From assembly GCF_009914755.1 (NCBI RefSeq), contig NC_060927.1: DNA of 64,000 nt; one strand, written 5' to 3'. The first letter of the stretch is position 1. The number at the start of each line of letters is the position of its first letter. Below the pieces are notes generated by a model. That model searched no databases, was not told the DNA's origin, and saw nothing but the letters and a program-made list of their open reading frames with translations. Below are positions 1-14,269 of this stretch, one piece after another. Origin of the DNA: the human T2T-CHM13v2.0 reference genome, Homo sapiens. A program made the position numbers and the translations under genes.

Positions 1-14
1 TCTGTTTCTCCGGG

Positions 15-150
15 TCATTCATTTATTTAATAAACTCCCAGTAAAATATGAACACTGGGTTAAGGTTGGAATGCAGCAGTCAACGAAACCACAATGGATT
101 TCAGCACTTGTGAGGATTACATTTTAGTAGGTCTGACAGATATTAGTTAA
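15..150 (-). mobile_element. LINE-2 3' end fragment
   Basis: tcattcatttatttaataaa... followed by a degenerate L2 tail. Confidence 0.45.
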
Positions 151-2509
151 AAAAAATGGCAGACACACAGAACTGTATTAAATACATGTAAACGCACATA
201 TAAACTTGAAATAAATATGTGTAAAAAACATATGTGATCAATATGATAAGGAAACATCTCCATGCTAGCACACCCAAGTTAGTATTTTATATTTTGATGG
301 TCCTATATTGTGTTTTGGGCTCAAATAGTCTTACAGAAGTTGTTATTATTCTTTTGTGTTCTGACTGTCTAAAGAATGATTTATTTGGTTTTAAATTTGA
401 GCTATGATACAATTGGCTAAATAGAAACCTCGTAAAATCTCTAAGGTATCTTGCAAAGAAGTCACCAGGAATATAAATAAAGCAAAGATGAAAAATTGCT
501 ATGAAAATGTTTGTGCTCTAGAGAGCTCTTTTCGTTTATTTTTGATTTAGCTTCCTTACTATGACTTTTTAGTTTTTGAAATATTAAAATGAGATTATTT
601 AAACAGATGAAAGAAAAATCATTAATTCATTTCTCATACTCTATGACAGACAGTTATCATGGTCTGTGAATGATAAATATGTCCAAGTATGATAGCACCA
701 GGATTTTTAATAGTATTTTGTTGAATGATTTGTATTGATTTGCCTGAAAAGTTGATCATAAAATCTTTCTTACCACATTCATATCCTTCCTGGTGAAAAG
801 CAGCTCTACTTTTATGCCATTCATGTGAATAGAATTTATGACCATCATAAGAGACACTAAAGTTTTTCATATCTAAATATCGAATTTCTGTTTGCTCTTT
901 TTTCCTATAGCGAATAATTGTGTTTCAGTTCTCATCTTGACTTAGCTAAGTCATTCTTAAGTTTTGCACTGAGTATAGAAAAAGCACACATATCTAGACT
1001 GCTGATTTTATTTGTGCATTATAAAGTATTTGCTAACATTTGTATTATGAAGTATTTGCTAACATTTGACTTATGCTCATTGATTTACTTCAGTCTTAAC
1101 TCCAGCTATTACTAAAATAATGACAAAGTATCCGTGTGCCACTTTTCCCTTCATATTATTGGGGCATATACAATTTTAACAAATCTCTGGTACTGATAAC
1201 AATGTAGAAAATTTTCCAAATCTGAAGGCTCCAAGTTTCCATTTTTAAGGTTATATTTAGCTCCTGTATCTTAGGATACAAGAACTTTAAGTGCAATTTT
1301 ATAGAATTTCAGGAATTTATTTAATTTTTCAAATATTAAACCTCTTTCAGCCATAAAATCCATGCTTACTTTTAAATGTAGCTATTCTGTTTCAGAAAAT
1401 GATATTGTTGTTCAATTTTTAAGGAGAAACTTAATGTTAAAAAAGATCATGAATCAAAGTACTGCATTGTGTTTATACCATGGATCAGAGGACTGATTTT
1501 TAGAAGCTAAGTGATCTGTATGGGTACTGTGATGTGTCTTCTGTTCTCATGCACAAGCATCTAACACCCCGATAGAATTCTAGATTTCATGCCTTTCTCC
1601 GGGTATCTTTTCTAGTACACTGAATAGAGTAGTTGTTTAATGACAATTTTTGATGGTGGGAATGAAAAAGAAGAAATGGACAAATCAGAGTGCCTTTTTA
1701 GGACAGGTTGGGGAAAACCATTCTGCAGATGTCATTCATTAATCATAGAGGGTGTACTTTTGTGACAAAAGTGTTGTCTAAATTTTATCCTAAAATTTAA
1801 GAAGTAAAAGCACCTTAAAGGACAACTAGTCTAATTTCTTCCTGTGTATGTGTGGAGTGAGAGACAGACGGCATTTGGAAGGGAGAAGACATAATGTGCA
1901 TGGCATTGGAAAACAAAATAAAACTCCTGCATATTTTAACTACTACCAGGCTTTCAGCATTTACAGGCTAATTAGAGAGACTGTCCTTTTTAAAAACAAT
2001 GAAGTATCATTTGGCTTTTGGCACTCATGTGCACTGAAGTAGCCAGCACTTGCTGGGCCGCTCATGGCTATTGACACCACAGCAGATACCTCACTTTGAC
2101 ATCTTCCTGATTCCCATTGATAGGGTCTGTTGCATTAGGCCTCCATGCCTGAGTGTTGAAACAGAGCCCATTAATTCCATGTAGCCTTCGTCCTTTATAA
2201 TAAACGGGCTTAAATTTCTCTTAAAATCAATTAGTTTTACATCATAGAAATCTAGACTCCGAGGCCTTAATGATCTTTTTTGTCTATTTCCCTCCCAAAC
2301 CCAAATAGAAAACTCGAATTCCATTTGGCATAAAATATCTGCCTTGCTGCTACCTTTGTTATTCATGAAATTTTTGATAAGCTCTCCCTAGAGACCCATG
2401 CCTATTAATTTAAAGTGTAATCCTATTTTTATTTTTAAAATTTGAATGCTGTCCTTTTTCCTTAATGTATCTTAACTTACCTGCTTATTAAAAGCATAGT
2501 TTTGATTGT

Positions 2510-3370
2510 TGTAACATAGGACAGACTGGTGAGATTTCAAAGTTGGTAATTAATGACATCCAAAATGACTTCTCAATTACATAGGACCTTCTATTTTGAG
2601 ATAGCACTGTTGGAAGCAACTTCCTTACATTAATCTAATTGCTTTTTCATAGATTTCATTACACTTATTATAGCCTATTCATTAAAAAAACATGCGTAAT
2701 ACTTCTTTCATATGACAATCTTTCCACCATGTAAATACTGCTTTTTGTATACAAGCATCTTATCTCTCCATGTTAGACATTCCCAGTTGCTTTAACACTT
2801 CTTTGTCATCCTGTTCTTCCTTTGACACCACCATCGCCTCAACACACACACCTTTTGAAAAATCCCTTTTCAAACATAGTTTCCGTGACACTTATATCCC
2901 ATTCAATATACCTCATTAGTTCTGGTTCCATTCTATATTTCATATAGGGTGCTAAACTTTCATATAGGTTTATAGAACTTACAGGTGTTATCTGCACAAT
3001 GAACAGACATTGTGGGAACTCTCATTGCTCAGGCCCACATAGGACACTTCTGCTAATGTAGCCTAAAATTAAATTAGCTTTTCTCAGCTTCATGACACTG
3101 TTCACACGTATTGACCTTATTACTGATTAATACACTTAGGTTAAGCTCCCTTCTGTCTACAGTATATATTTATATGTTTTTTTTAACCCAGGGAATGATT
3201 TTACAGATTTTAGGATTAATTGTCATTCAACCTGAATCATTTGATAAGTCAGGAACTTGAATATATTTTTAGCTTCATTTAAAACAATTACTTATGCCAA
3301 GTTTATGTTATTTATAGCATTCACTCACATCCTCCCTCTATAACTTCATTCAAACCTCCAGATGCAATGA
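2510..3370 (-). mobile_element. L3/CR1 relic
   Basis: ctaatgtagcctaaaattaaattagctttt...cactgttcacacgtattgacctt resembles antisense L3; highly diverged. Confidence 0.45.
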
Positions 3371-4802
3371 AAGCAGGTGAGTGCAGAGAAAGAAGAATAA
3401 CAAGGATGGAAGTTACATCGTATGAACATGATTTCAGGAACAGCCTCAAATTATAGAATCAAGTATTTATTTGAAATTTATTGTTGTATACTATATGAAG
3501 TAAGCTAAGAGTATAATAAAAATAATTAAAAGAAACTCGGTATATTTCTAGTTTTAAATGTTCAATAAAGATTACAATAAAATATATAGATAAAATAAAG
3601 AATTATTTTTGAACAAACATAAAGCAAATTCAAAAATGCAAAATGTATAGTTAAATAATGAGGGACAGGAACTAATGAGGTATTCTGAATGAACTCTAAG
3701 TAGTCTCACAAAGTATCTTTAAAGAGTTGATGCTTGCATAACTTGGAAGACATGTTTAAAGACAGTGCTTCCAGAAATGAAAGCAGATGAAACAGTGCTC
3801 TTCTCATCACTAGAGATAGACAAGCAACATCTGGCTAAACATATTTCTGATTATTATGATGGGGATTCATGACTGTTCTTACAGCTCTGCTACTGGACCT
3901 CTGGATTCCTTCTAACTTTGATATCCCATGAATCAGAAAGCATAAAATATAAAAACCATGATTTACTATGCCTACAACTATGGTTGGAGGATAACAAAGA
4001 GATAGAAAGCATAAAGTCTAATCACACATTGGCTTACCAAAAATGAAAGAAGAATAGTATAATACTATGTTAAGCAATGATTTGCTGTACTACGTGGGAT
4101 TGATGAGTGAGAAATCAGGTGGCTGAGAGATCCATGTGGACTAATGATGTTGGGTCAGGTATTTCTGAGAGGTGACGACTGAGTTGTGATTTGAAGGCAA
4201 AGAGTAGGATTGAAACGGATGTTCCAGGGAAGGCTTTTGGTAGACAATGAGCTGTGTCAACCTAAAGCAAAAGGATAGTGAAGGAGATTGATAAGGCCAT
4301 CTTTTTTGTCATCCCACCTTAGTACCAGACTTCATCCACTCTGTCTAAGATGGTTGGCTAGTCTAGAAATTGTTAGAATCCTAGGCTATATCCAGAGCAG
4401 TGGCTTTCAACTAGCACTGTTCATCCTGAGTGCCAACTGGTCTTCATGCTTGAAGTTTCCTGTTGATACTAATATTTAGTGTTATTGCTTTCTAGTCATC
4501 CTACATACGATGTCAGATTGATCTCTTAAAAATACTTTTTTCAAACTTAACTCATCTGTTTAAGAATCTATAATCATGGCCAATAGTTCATTTCTGTTAT
4601 ATAGCCTGATCAAAAAGTTCAAGCTCTACTGACCTAAACATTTTCCGTTCATCATCTAATTTAATCCTCATAAAAATCTATGAAATGGCAACGTAATATT
4701 GGCAAACACAAATTAACATTTGGTTGTATGATGACTCATATCAGTTTATTTATTCAATTATTCATTAGATGACTCTTATATGCTGGTCAATAGTGCAGGG
4801 TG

Positions 4803-4999
4803 GCAGATCTCAACTGGGGTGAATTTTGTTCCCTAGCTGACATTTGGCAATGTCTGGAGACATCTGAGGTGGGTGGCTCCTGGCATCCGTTAGATAGATA
4901 TCAGGAATGCTGCTAAACATCCTGCCATTCATAGGGCAGCCCCCCACAGTAAAGGATTATCTGGCAATACATGTCAAGAGGCTGAGGTTGAGAAACCAC
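4803..4999 (+). mobile_element. MER20 (hAT-Charlie), apparently inserted in an L2 relic (~4745-5400)
   Basis: tctcaactgggg...gacatttggcaatgtctggagacat...atgctgctaaacatcct...gaggttgagaaacc. Confidence 0.85.
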
Positions 5000-7559
5000 A
5001 ATGTAAGGTTTAGAGATATGATGCATAGCGAATCAGACACTCTGCCCTCAAAGAGTTCATGTCATTTATTGGAAGGCAGATATAAAATCAATAACCACAA
5101 AATTAAATATATAGTATTAAATATGATAAATAAAAGGAAGACAAAATATAGGGGACCATGAAAAAATAAAACTGGAGGGATCAATTTAGACTCTGATAGA
5201 GGGAAGTGCCAGGGAAGACTCTTCGAGAAAGCTTTATTTAAACTGAAATTTAATGAAAAAATAGGAGTTCACAAGGCTAAGTATGCGCAGAGGATCTAGA
5301 GGGGGAAAAAACATCACACATTTGGAGAGTAGGATAAAAACCAGGGGGAATGGACTAGAGTGAACTGGGGTGTGTGGATGAGAGATTAGGCTGGTCTCTG
5401 ATTGTCTTATGTATATAAGTCTTTTCTCTATAATAATGTTGTAGTTCCCATGAGGAGAACATGACAAATACAGTATTTATTTTCTATCCCATAGAGCACT
5501 TTAAACGATATTGGGACATAATAGGCACACAATAACTTCTTGCTAACTTGACTTGTGCATTTTTCCTAAGAATCCAATTTCTAGATTGTATTATGCCTGT
5601 TTTCACTTTGGGGGAATGGTAACATGTTTGACAATCTTTCCGATTGATTTGGGAGTTGCTTCCAATCGCAGAACCAGCCTGAGCGCTGCCATTTGTCAGG
5701 CAGTCACCGTGTCTGCAGGCTGCCCGGGGCTGCACTGAGCTTATTATATAATGACTATTAGTAAATCACTTGTTGTCAGCTGGCTTTATTTTGGAATTTG
5801 AATAAAAACCATAGATTTTGTTATTTTTCCTGAAGAATTCTTTCTAAATAGCATTTTCCTCTCTATTGGGTATTAGTCAATTGTTTAAAGAGTAGGGCAG
5901 ATATTCATTTTGCTATATGAAGAATTCAGATGATTTATAACACACTGAATTATCACAATCCATTTAATACCAGGAGTGTCCAATATAAATACCCATAAAA
6001 CATTAAAAAATATTATAAAGGAAATAAAAACCCTTTGAATACTAAGATTTTCTTTGGAAAGCATTTCAATTACTATTAACATAGGAGAATAAATTTTTAA
6101 AAGGCCATTTTAAAAGTATTCCATAAAGAATACTTTTGATTCATTCCAAATACTCCCTGAATTTATATTTTATGAAGTTTAGGGAAGGTGTCAATCTAGA
6201 TTAGTGAAAATATAAAAATTTTTCACACTTCTAAGAAGTTCTGATTAATATATATATTTGTATCATTTTAATTAAAGGTTAAAAGAATCATTTTGGTCTG
6301 AATCGGTGGAATTTTGACTAAGCTTCCTCTAGAGAAAAGATAAAGGGCTGATCTTGAAAATTTCATGAAAGGAATAATATGTTTTTATCATAATAGAAAA
6401 ACAAAACACTTTCTATGAACAGCTATATATCCCATATAATCCGTCTCCAGTTAGGTATGCTGAGTTGAATACTTTGTTAGATTATTCTCTGCAATGTTCC
6501 TTGGTGTGTTTAACATATCTTGGCAGCTTTATGTGCTCCATAAGTGATTATTGAATGACATGATGAATAAATAATTATTGAAGCCCAACTGTGTCATACA
6601 CCCTGCAATAAAATTTAAAAATATATACATACCCATAGAGAGACGTTTTATGATTATTTTAATAGAACTTTGCTTTGGGCAATATTTAAGTTTTGGGGAA
6701 TTCAAAAATATCTCTCTAATTAGCACTTTGTTCTTTCTCCATTCTCTTGATTTCACAAACTGCTTGCTTTCTGGAGTAAGCCTGATATTCTTCCTTTAAG
6801 GCTGCAAAAATGGTACAATCAAACTTATCAAAAGGTCAGTTCAAGCTCATGTTCCTTTGCTCTCTTGCCACCTAGGGGATAAAGTTCCTGATAGAGAACT
6901 GTGTAATCATTTCAGAGAATATTGGGGTTTGGAGTCATGAAAAAGAACCAAATATATGAAAAATTCATGGTCCTTCATTGGCATGCATACTGTTCTTTGA
7001 TTTTCATCAGACAGTAAATGAGAAGAACCTGAAGTCTTGTTTGTGTTAACAGGGCTCTTTTAGATGCTGGACAACTCCTGTAAATAAATACTCAGCATGT
7101 CATGAAAAATTCTACCACTGCATACAAGAATAGACTTTGGCACACTGGGGCCTAAATGTAGACAGTGATTTCCCTGACTGGCCACTATTAAAAACAATTT
7201 ACATTAATAACAAAATGCATGGAAGAGAAGATGCATCATGAGATGACGTTACCATATAGAATACAGAGGCAGGTGTGAGATTTACAGTTCATTAGGCATG
7301 CTGATTACATTCAGCATTAAATTAATATAGAGAGATAAGAAGAATATCAATTTTGCAAGTATATTTTGGAAATCACTTTCTGCTTAATCTTTAAGCTAAG
7401 TGCTGCAGGTGAGGTTAAAATTTTTCCATCTATAACAAAATTTAATGAACATATTGAATTGCAGTGCAGTTAGTAGCATGCCTTAAATATGCAGGCTTCT
7501 CTAAATGATAATCATTTAAGTCATATATATGTGAATGAGAGGCACTGTATGATTTATGA

Positions 7560-7690
7560 TATCAGAACGGCATAACATGTTAAAGCTGAAAGTGACCTTA
7601 GAAATCATCTAAAACTGTCTGCTTCATCTGGCAGGCTATGAAATTAACACTAGTGGAGTCAAATGATTTCTCAAATTTTCATGATAAATT
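7560..7690 (-). mobile_element. MIR/MIR3 fragment
   Basis: gctgaaagtgaccttagaaatcatcta motif. Confidence 0.5.
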
Positions 7691-8428
7691 TCTAAAAAGT
7701 TTTCCACCATTTTATTCCTATTAACCCATTTAACTTCATAGTAGCACAGAGAAAAAAATTAAATAGCATATTTTTACTTGCAAATTTGAAATGAAGTTTT
7801 GTTTCATTGCTTCTTAACTGTTAAGTGAATAATTTCAGGTTAAAATTATTGCAAAAACGTATCAACTTATTATGCAAATAGCTGATACATTTCACACAGA
7901 TAGCTTGTTTTGGAGGTAGATAAATGTGCTAAAGGGCTCAGCATGCATTTTGCAATGTGTAAGAGGCATTTTTATTTTGCTGTTGATCTGTTGCTTTTAG
8001 CCATGAAAGAAAGAATGCACTTTGGTTTGCTTTTTTCACAGCTTCATTTGTCATGTGTCTTAGAGTGACACAAATAGACAGGCTGACAACAGATTTATTA
8101 CCTAAAGCTCAGCTGAAAAATTAAACGATACAGCTAAAAGTCATAGTTGGCCTGAATACCCTCTGACCATCACAAGATTGAATGAGCACTACAAAGCCCA
8201 GAATAATAAAGTGGTGAAATATTTGGGAGAAAAAGAGGTTGGGAATAAATCACTAATTTGGTCAGTCTTGACTGACTAAAGAGGGAATACTTCTTAAAAC
8301 ATCTATCCCATCTCTAAATTATATGCCTTTCTAAATAGGAGGAAAGTCGACTCTTTCCCAGTAATCTACTAGGTAATTGTCTCACAGTTTTACAAAGCAA
8401 TATAATTATTTACTGTAACTTTTCCATA

Positions 8429-8503
8429 TTCAGATTATCTGTTGAGCATTAAAAGAAGCTAGTTTCAGATTATCTGTTGAGCATTAAAAGAAGCTAGTTT
8501 CAG
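8429..8503. repeat. Perfect 35-bp tandem duplication
   Basis: ttcagattatctgttgagcattaaaagaagctagt at 8429-8463 and 8464-8498, then ttcag. Confidence 0.97.
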
Positions 8504-10439
8504 TGGTACGTGAAGGTGTTGCTCCAAACTGAAGTCAGAAACCTGAAAAATGTTTGTTTTACATATGTTCAGTTGACATTGTGTATAAATTATTAAATAA
8601 TTTATATTAGCTAAAAATAAACATTTATACAGTAAAAATGGCAAGAACACTAAATTTTTCTAGTTTGTATTTGATATCTTTTAATAGTTTCTGAAATGTG
8701 ATTGATTCCAAAGCTTTCTTTTCAAGAAAGAGACAAATTAACATTCTGTGTTGAATACAGATAGTCCTGAATCCCACTTTGTTAAAGTCATTTTGCATGT
8801 TTTTCCTTTATATTGTTTCAGGGGGACTATATAATGAGTCTTCTGTTATTTATTTATTTTTGTAATTTTCACAATCAGGGAAAAATTATAAGGAAATAAA
8901 TGTATCTTCAGAGCCTAGAAGATTTTGGTAGGTGTGAATAATATGCCCAAAGGTAAAATTAATCTCATGTCTTATTGAATATGTGCCAACACTTTCTCCC
9001 CTTTATGATTAAATAAAGAAGTTATTTCACAAAAGCTTCAGGGTTTATTATTCTGGTGTCACTATGCAATGTGAGTGAAATAAAATGAAAAAAATAAAAA
9101 TCTTTTTTACTGTGAGTGCCACCTAGATAATAAGTATATGTGATCATAGAAGTATATCTCATAAAGAGTTAAATCCTAAATCATTTAACTTTTATATCCC
9201 CTGCTCTCTCTTGAAGGAAAAAAAAGGATGGAGGAGGAGAAATAGATTTAATAGTTCACTATTCTGTCTAAAAGCTTCAAAGTTCCCTAATGTGTTTATT
9301 CAGAATTACCCTAACACGATATTGTTCTTTATGGTTGTCTGATTTGCTTATGCTGTATGATGCTCTCCCTGTCTTAACAGGTTAAAAGCAGAATGAATGT
9401 CATAGAGCTGTGTGAATCTTTTTTGATAAATAGAACCCTTAGTGGAAATCTAATAACTTCAAACATAAAATATTGATCCTGCTCTACTTATTCTTGTGAA
9501 TCTTTTAATATTGCAAAATCTTGATTTTCACAATTACATGAAAAGAAAAATATAAGGTTACAGTTTATTTTCCAAATGTGACTGGTTTATTCTTAGTAAT
9601 GCTGAATGTCAAGTTCTTTTTGCTGAATAATTATAGCAACATTTAATATTATGAAATTTTCAAATTACCCAGGATTATAATGAACCTAGCTAGTACAAGT
9701 AGGAAAATAAAGTATTTTTATACTTGCAGTTGTGCTTTTGCTATCCTCAGGTACATAGAAAACAGTGCAAACAGTGGAAAAGTTAGCAGAATACAGGTGG
9801 TCTAAATTTTTGTCTTTTTCTCCTACAATATGACTCCTACAATATGACTCTTGGAGGATAAGTCTTTTGAACAAAGTAATCACTATGACCATTCAAACTG
9901 TCAAAATATTAGTAGGTCAAATTGTGATGCCTCTGTGTGTGTTTATGTGTCTGTAGTGCTATAGCAGATAGCCACCTTCCTCAGCAAGCCTTTAGCATAT
10001 ATATCCTGGATACAGCCAGAACAAAAGTGGTGTATGTTCCCACCGATTGGTGGATCAGAAGTATCACTCACAAGGTGTGGAACAAGAAAACAAATGAAGC
10101 TCACATATGATATGTCTTAATATTTAAATGTTATAAATCTTTCTAATAAACTGTACATTATTATAAATTATGCTCAAGTCTCCTACCTTGACAAATACAA
10201 CTGTCTAATGATATGAAAGGATTAATTCAAATTTAGAATTCTTGGACTCCTGTGAAACCATACTTAACCTGGTGATGCAGATCCTTGGTCTCTATCTACT
10301 CCCCTTCACACTCTAGACTACATCTTAGTAAAGAAGAAGATTTGTTTGCACCTAGATCTTACATTCCCACTGCAGCTATACTCCTAAAGACAACTAACTC
10401 CCTATAGGTTTAGCAGTAGGCAAGCCGGCACACTTTGAC

Positions 10440-10468
10440 AGAGAGAGAGAGAGAGAGAGAGGGAGAGA
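10440..10468 (+). repeat. (GA)n microsatellite
   Basis: Direct reading; one interruption. Confidence 0.9.
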
Positions 10469-10526
10469 CTTAGGTGGGCTCTGAAGTGGTTCAAAGACAT
10501 TTGGACAGAGAGTTGCTAGGGTCTTG

Positions 10527-10895
10527 TGTATTAGTTCATTTTCATGCTGCTGGTAAAGACATACCCGAGACTGGGTAATTTATATAGAAAAATAGGTTTA
10601 ATGGACTCATAGTTCCACATCGCTGGGGAGGTCTCACAATCATGGCAGAAGGCAAAAGGCATTTAAGAGATATGATAATGGTGGCAGATAAGAGAGAATG
10701 AGAGCCAATCAAAAGGGGAAACCCCTTATAAAATCATCAGCTCTCATGAGACTTATTCACTGCTAAGAGAACTGTACTGGGGAAACTGCCCCCATGATTC
10801 AGTTATCTCCCACGGGGTCCCGCCCACAACATGCAGGAATTATGGGGCTACAATTCAAGATGAGATTTTAGTGGGAACACAGCCAAACCAAATCA
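10527..10895 (-). mobile_element. THE1 (B/C-like) MaLR solo LTR with exact 5-bp TSD
   Basis: tgtattagttcattttcatgctgct...gacatacccgagactgggtaattt...acacagccaaaccaaatca. TSD tcttg at 10522-10526 and 10896-10900. Confidence 0.9.
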
Positions 10896-10904
10896 TCTTG
10901 TGAG

Positions 10905-11230
10905 CCTTTTCCATAATCTAAAGTCCCCAGACAGCCACATCAGCAAAACCTAGGATTTTGTTAAAAATGGAGAATCGGCCGGGCGCGGTAGCTCTCGCCT
11001 GTAATCCCAGCAAGAGGAGGGTGGATCACGAGGTCAGGAGATAGAGACCATCCTGGCTAACACGGTGAAACCCCGTCTCTACTACAAATACAAAAAATTA
11101 TCCGGGCTTGGTGGTGGGCACCTGTAGTGCCAGGCGCCCACCTGGGACCAGCCACACCCCAGAACTACTGAAACAGAATCTGCATTTTAGAATGATCTGT
11201 CAGTAATTTATTTCAGACCCGTTGGTCTAA
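10905..11230. mobile_element. MER5A split by a truncated AluY
   Basis: catcagcaaaacctaggattttgttaaaaatggagaatc [Alu] cacaccccagaactactgaaacagaatctgcatttt. Confidence 0.65.
10977..11133 (+). mobile_element. AluY-like fragment, 3'-truncated, no A-tail
   Basis: ggccgggcgcgg...gagaccatcctggctaacacggtgaaacccc; stops early in the right arm. Confidence 0.85.
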
Positions 11231-11419
11231 AAGATAGGGTAAGTGTGTCACAGATGCCAGGTAGGCATGTCCCCTTGGTCCTTCATACTCTTCTCCCAGG
11301 GCTATCACTAACTTCCAAATCTAGGATGTAAAAGCTGTAAATACATGTTTGTGTTAATCACCACAGACAGTAGAACTAGCTATTTTTTTGGATAAATACA
11401 AACTAAAGATGTATTTTAA

Positions 11420-11545
11420 TGAGGGATGTTGGGAATAGGGGAGGCTATGTATTGTGTGGGGGCAGAAGTTATGTAGGAAATCTTTGAACTTTCCTCTACA
11501 TTTTTCTGTGAACCTAAAACTTCTTTGAAATATCGTCTTATTTAA
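11420..11545 (+). mobile_element. L1MC-type 3' end
   Basis: ggggaggctatgt...gggcag...ggaaatct...tttctgtgaacctaaaact. Confidence 0.6.
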
Positions 11546-11568
11546 ACAGCTTTAATAAAATAATTTAA

Positions 11569-11918
<350 letters not shown>

Positions 11919-12636
11919 TTTATTTCTTACTGATAGAGAATCATGATTGTAATAGTAGGCCTCTAAACAATCAAATGATTTTACGTGGCTATAGAGAGTG
12001 TATTATAAATTCAATGGTATTTGTTTCTGTTTAGAGGCACAAGCTGAAATTTTGTTCTATCCATGTTAACACATGCATTTTGATACATGATGTATACAGG
12101 CAGCTGTTAATTATAGCCCAAGTGCTAGCTGCATAAACTCACAGAATAAAACCTACTTCCTTCTGTTTAATATCTAATTATGTTTCTAACATTGAAGACT
12201 AAAGACTAAAGTTGATGTTTTATTATTAGGGTTTTTATTGGGGGTTTGAGTTTTATCTTAAGTTGAACTTCACTTCCTGTCAACATTAATCATGTACATA
12301 TTGAAAAAAATGCAATATTTGGCCTCTCAGTTGCCTTCTATGAATTTTTAAAAAATGGTAACGCTGGTTAGTGTCCTAAAAATGTTAATGAAAATTTAAT
12401 TAAATAGCTACAAATATTTTTTAAACACATATCTCTTAGATTTATGTAATCTCTGACACTATTTTTTATGATGAATATTATTCTGTACCAAGAAGAATTA
12501 ATATTAGAGGATTAGCAGTCTTTTGGCTTAACAATTATTTACAGACTATAATACTTAGTTTTATAAAATATTTAGTATCTAAATGACTTCTGTCCAGTTT
12601 ATATGATCTAATATAATACCAAAACTTGGTTTGGAG

Positions 12637-13083
12637 TGTGAAAGGAAAATATCTTGGGGCCCTAAAATCACTAAGCTAAAGAGAAGAGTCAACCTGGGAA
12701 CTACTTAGGGCAAACCTGCCCCCCATTCTATTCAGTCACCCCTCTGCTCACCGAAATAAATGCATATCTCATTGCCTTCTTTGGAGAGTCTAATCAGAAA
12801 CTCAAAAGAATGCAACCATTTGTCTCATATCTACCAATAACCTGGAAGCACCCTCCCCTTTTGGAGTTGTCTTGCCTTTTCAGACAGAACCAATGTTCAT
12901 CTTATATATGTTGATTGATGTCTAATGACTCCCTAAAATGCGTAAAACCAAACTGTGCTCTGACCACCTTGGGCACATGTGTTCAGGACCTCTTGAGGCT
13001 GTGTCACGGGTGTGCATCCTCAATCTTGGCAAAATACACTTTCTAAATTAACTGAGACCTGTCTCAGATCTCCGGGGTTCACA
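12637..13083 (+). mobile_element. MER4A1-like ERV1 solo LTR
   Basis: TG...CA termini; tgtgaaaggaaaatatcttggggccctaaaatcactaagctaaag...ggggttcaca; flanks ggag/agag. Confidence 0.8.
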
Positions 13084-13780
13084 AGAGCATTTTTATGTCA
13101 AATATCTACTTAAAATGTTATATTTATTTCAAGTAACTATCAGCTGAATTAAATAGGTCGTATGTCACAAAATTTTTTTAACTGACAATTACATTTAATA
13201 GTTTAACACAATTTTAACATCATTAATTATGTTTACTTACTAATTGACAGGAACATTCAAAATGAGTTACAGTTAGGTAGCTTAAAAGAATGCCATTAAA
13301 ATAAATAACATAATTACTTTAGCCATAGTTGCTTTTGTTAATATGAATCATCTTATTTAACTTTGTGTAAGTTAGGAGACACAGAAACAGACAAATGAAA
13401 GAATTGTGGAGAGAAAAACGATGATGAAATGAAAGTAATTAAAAATTGTGGTAAAGGGAAAAATATGATAGAATGAATTACTCTTTCATCTAAAAATGGG
13501 AGATTTGTTAGAAATTAATAATTCAAGAGAAAATAAAAGACATTAGGAATGTATACATTTAGAAGGAAATTAGTATATATATTATACAATTGAGTAATAA
13601 GCAATATTTGATCTATTTTATTTTCTACTTATTGTAAGAGGAAGAAAGAGGAAGACATTTTAAAGCAAATGAGGTCAGTGTGTCGATATGCAAACATGAG
13701 ATTGAAATATGTGGGTAATTAGATGTCTATAGTCCTCCTACTATTTCAACAAAACTATCCAGAGATAGTTTTTTCTAGAG

Positions 13781-14132
13781 CAAGGGTCCCCACACTGCTT
13801 GCCATGGACCAGTACTATGACCAGGTCCATGACCTGTTAGGAACCAGGCTGTACAGCAGGAGGTGAGCGGGCGAGCGAGCATTACTGCCTGAGCTCCACC
13901 TCCTTTCAGATCAGTGATGGCATTGGGTTCTCATAGGAGCACAAGCCCTATTGTGAACTGCGCATTCCAGGGATCTAGGCTGTGCACTCCTTATGAGAAT
14001 CCAATGCCTGATGATCTGAGATGGAACAGTTTTATCCTGAAACCATCACCCCCAGCAACCCACCCAATGTATGTGGAAACACTGTCTTTCATGAAACCAG
14101 TCCTCGGTGCCAAAATGGTTGGGGACAGGTTG
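13781..14132 (+). mobile_element. MER1B (hAT-Charlie)
   Basis: Termini caagggtcccca...ttggggacaggttg; tctagag on both flanks; internal cagcaggaggtgagcgggcgagcgagcattactgcctgagctcc. Confidence 0.88.
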
Positions 14133-14269
14133 TCTAGAGTTCCTTCCTCAGCTTGATTTCACAGAGAGCCAATAGTTATACAACATAGTGAATTATGGAC
14201 TGCAGGGATGAGATAGGACCGTTTGCATATAATAAAGAATATTCAAAACTCAATAATATAACATCTACC

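Noticed and set aside
1900-2100. Possible conserved non-coding element (TAATTA, AACAATG); similar impression at 7850-8150
   Set aside because: Short motifs are expected by chance in AT-rich DNA, and conservation cannot be judged from one sequence.
10080-11300. Possible ancient hAT-like element hosting THE1 and MER5A
   Set aside because: Resemblance is only from memory and too diverged to name or bound.
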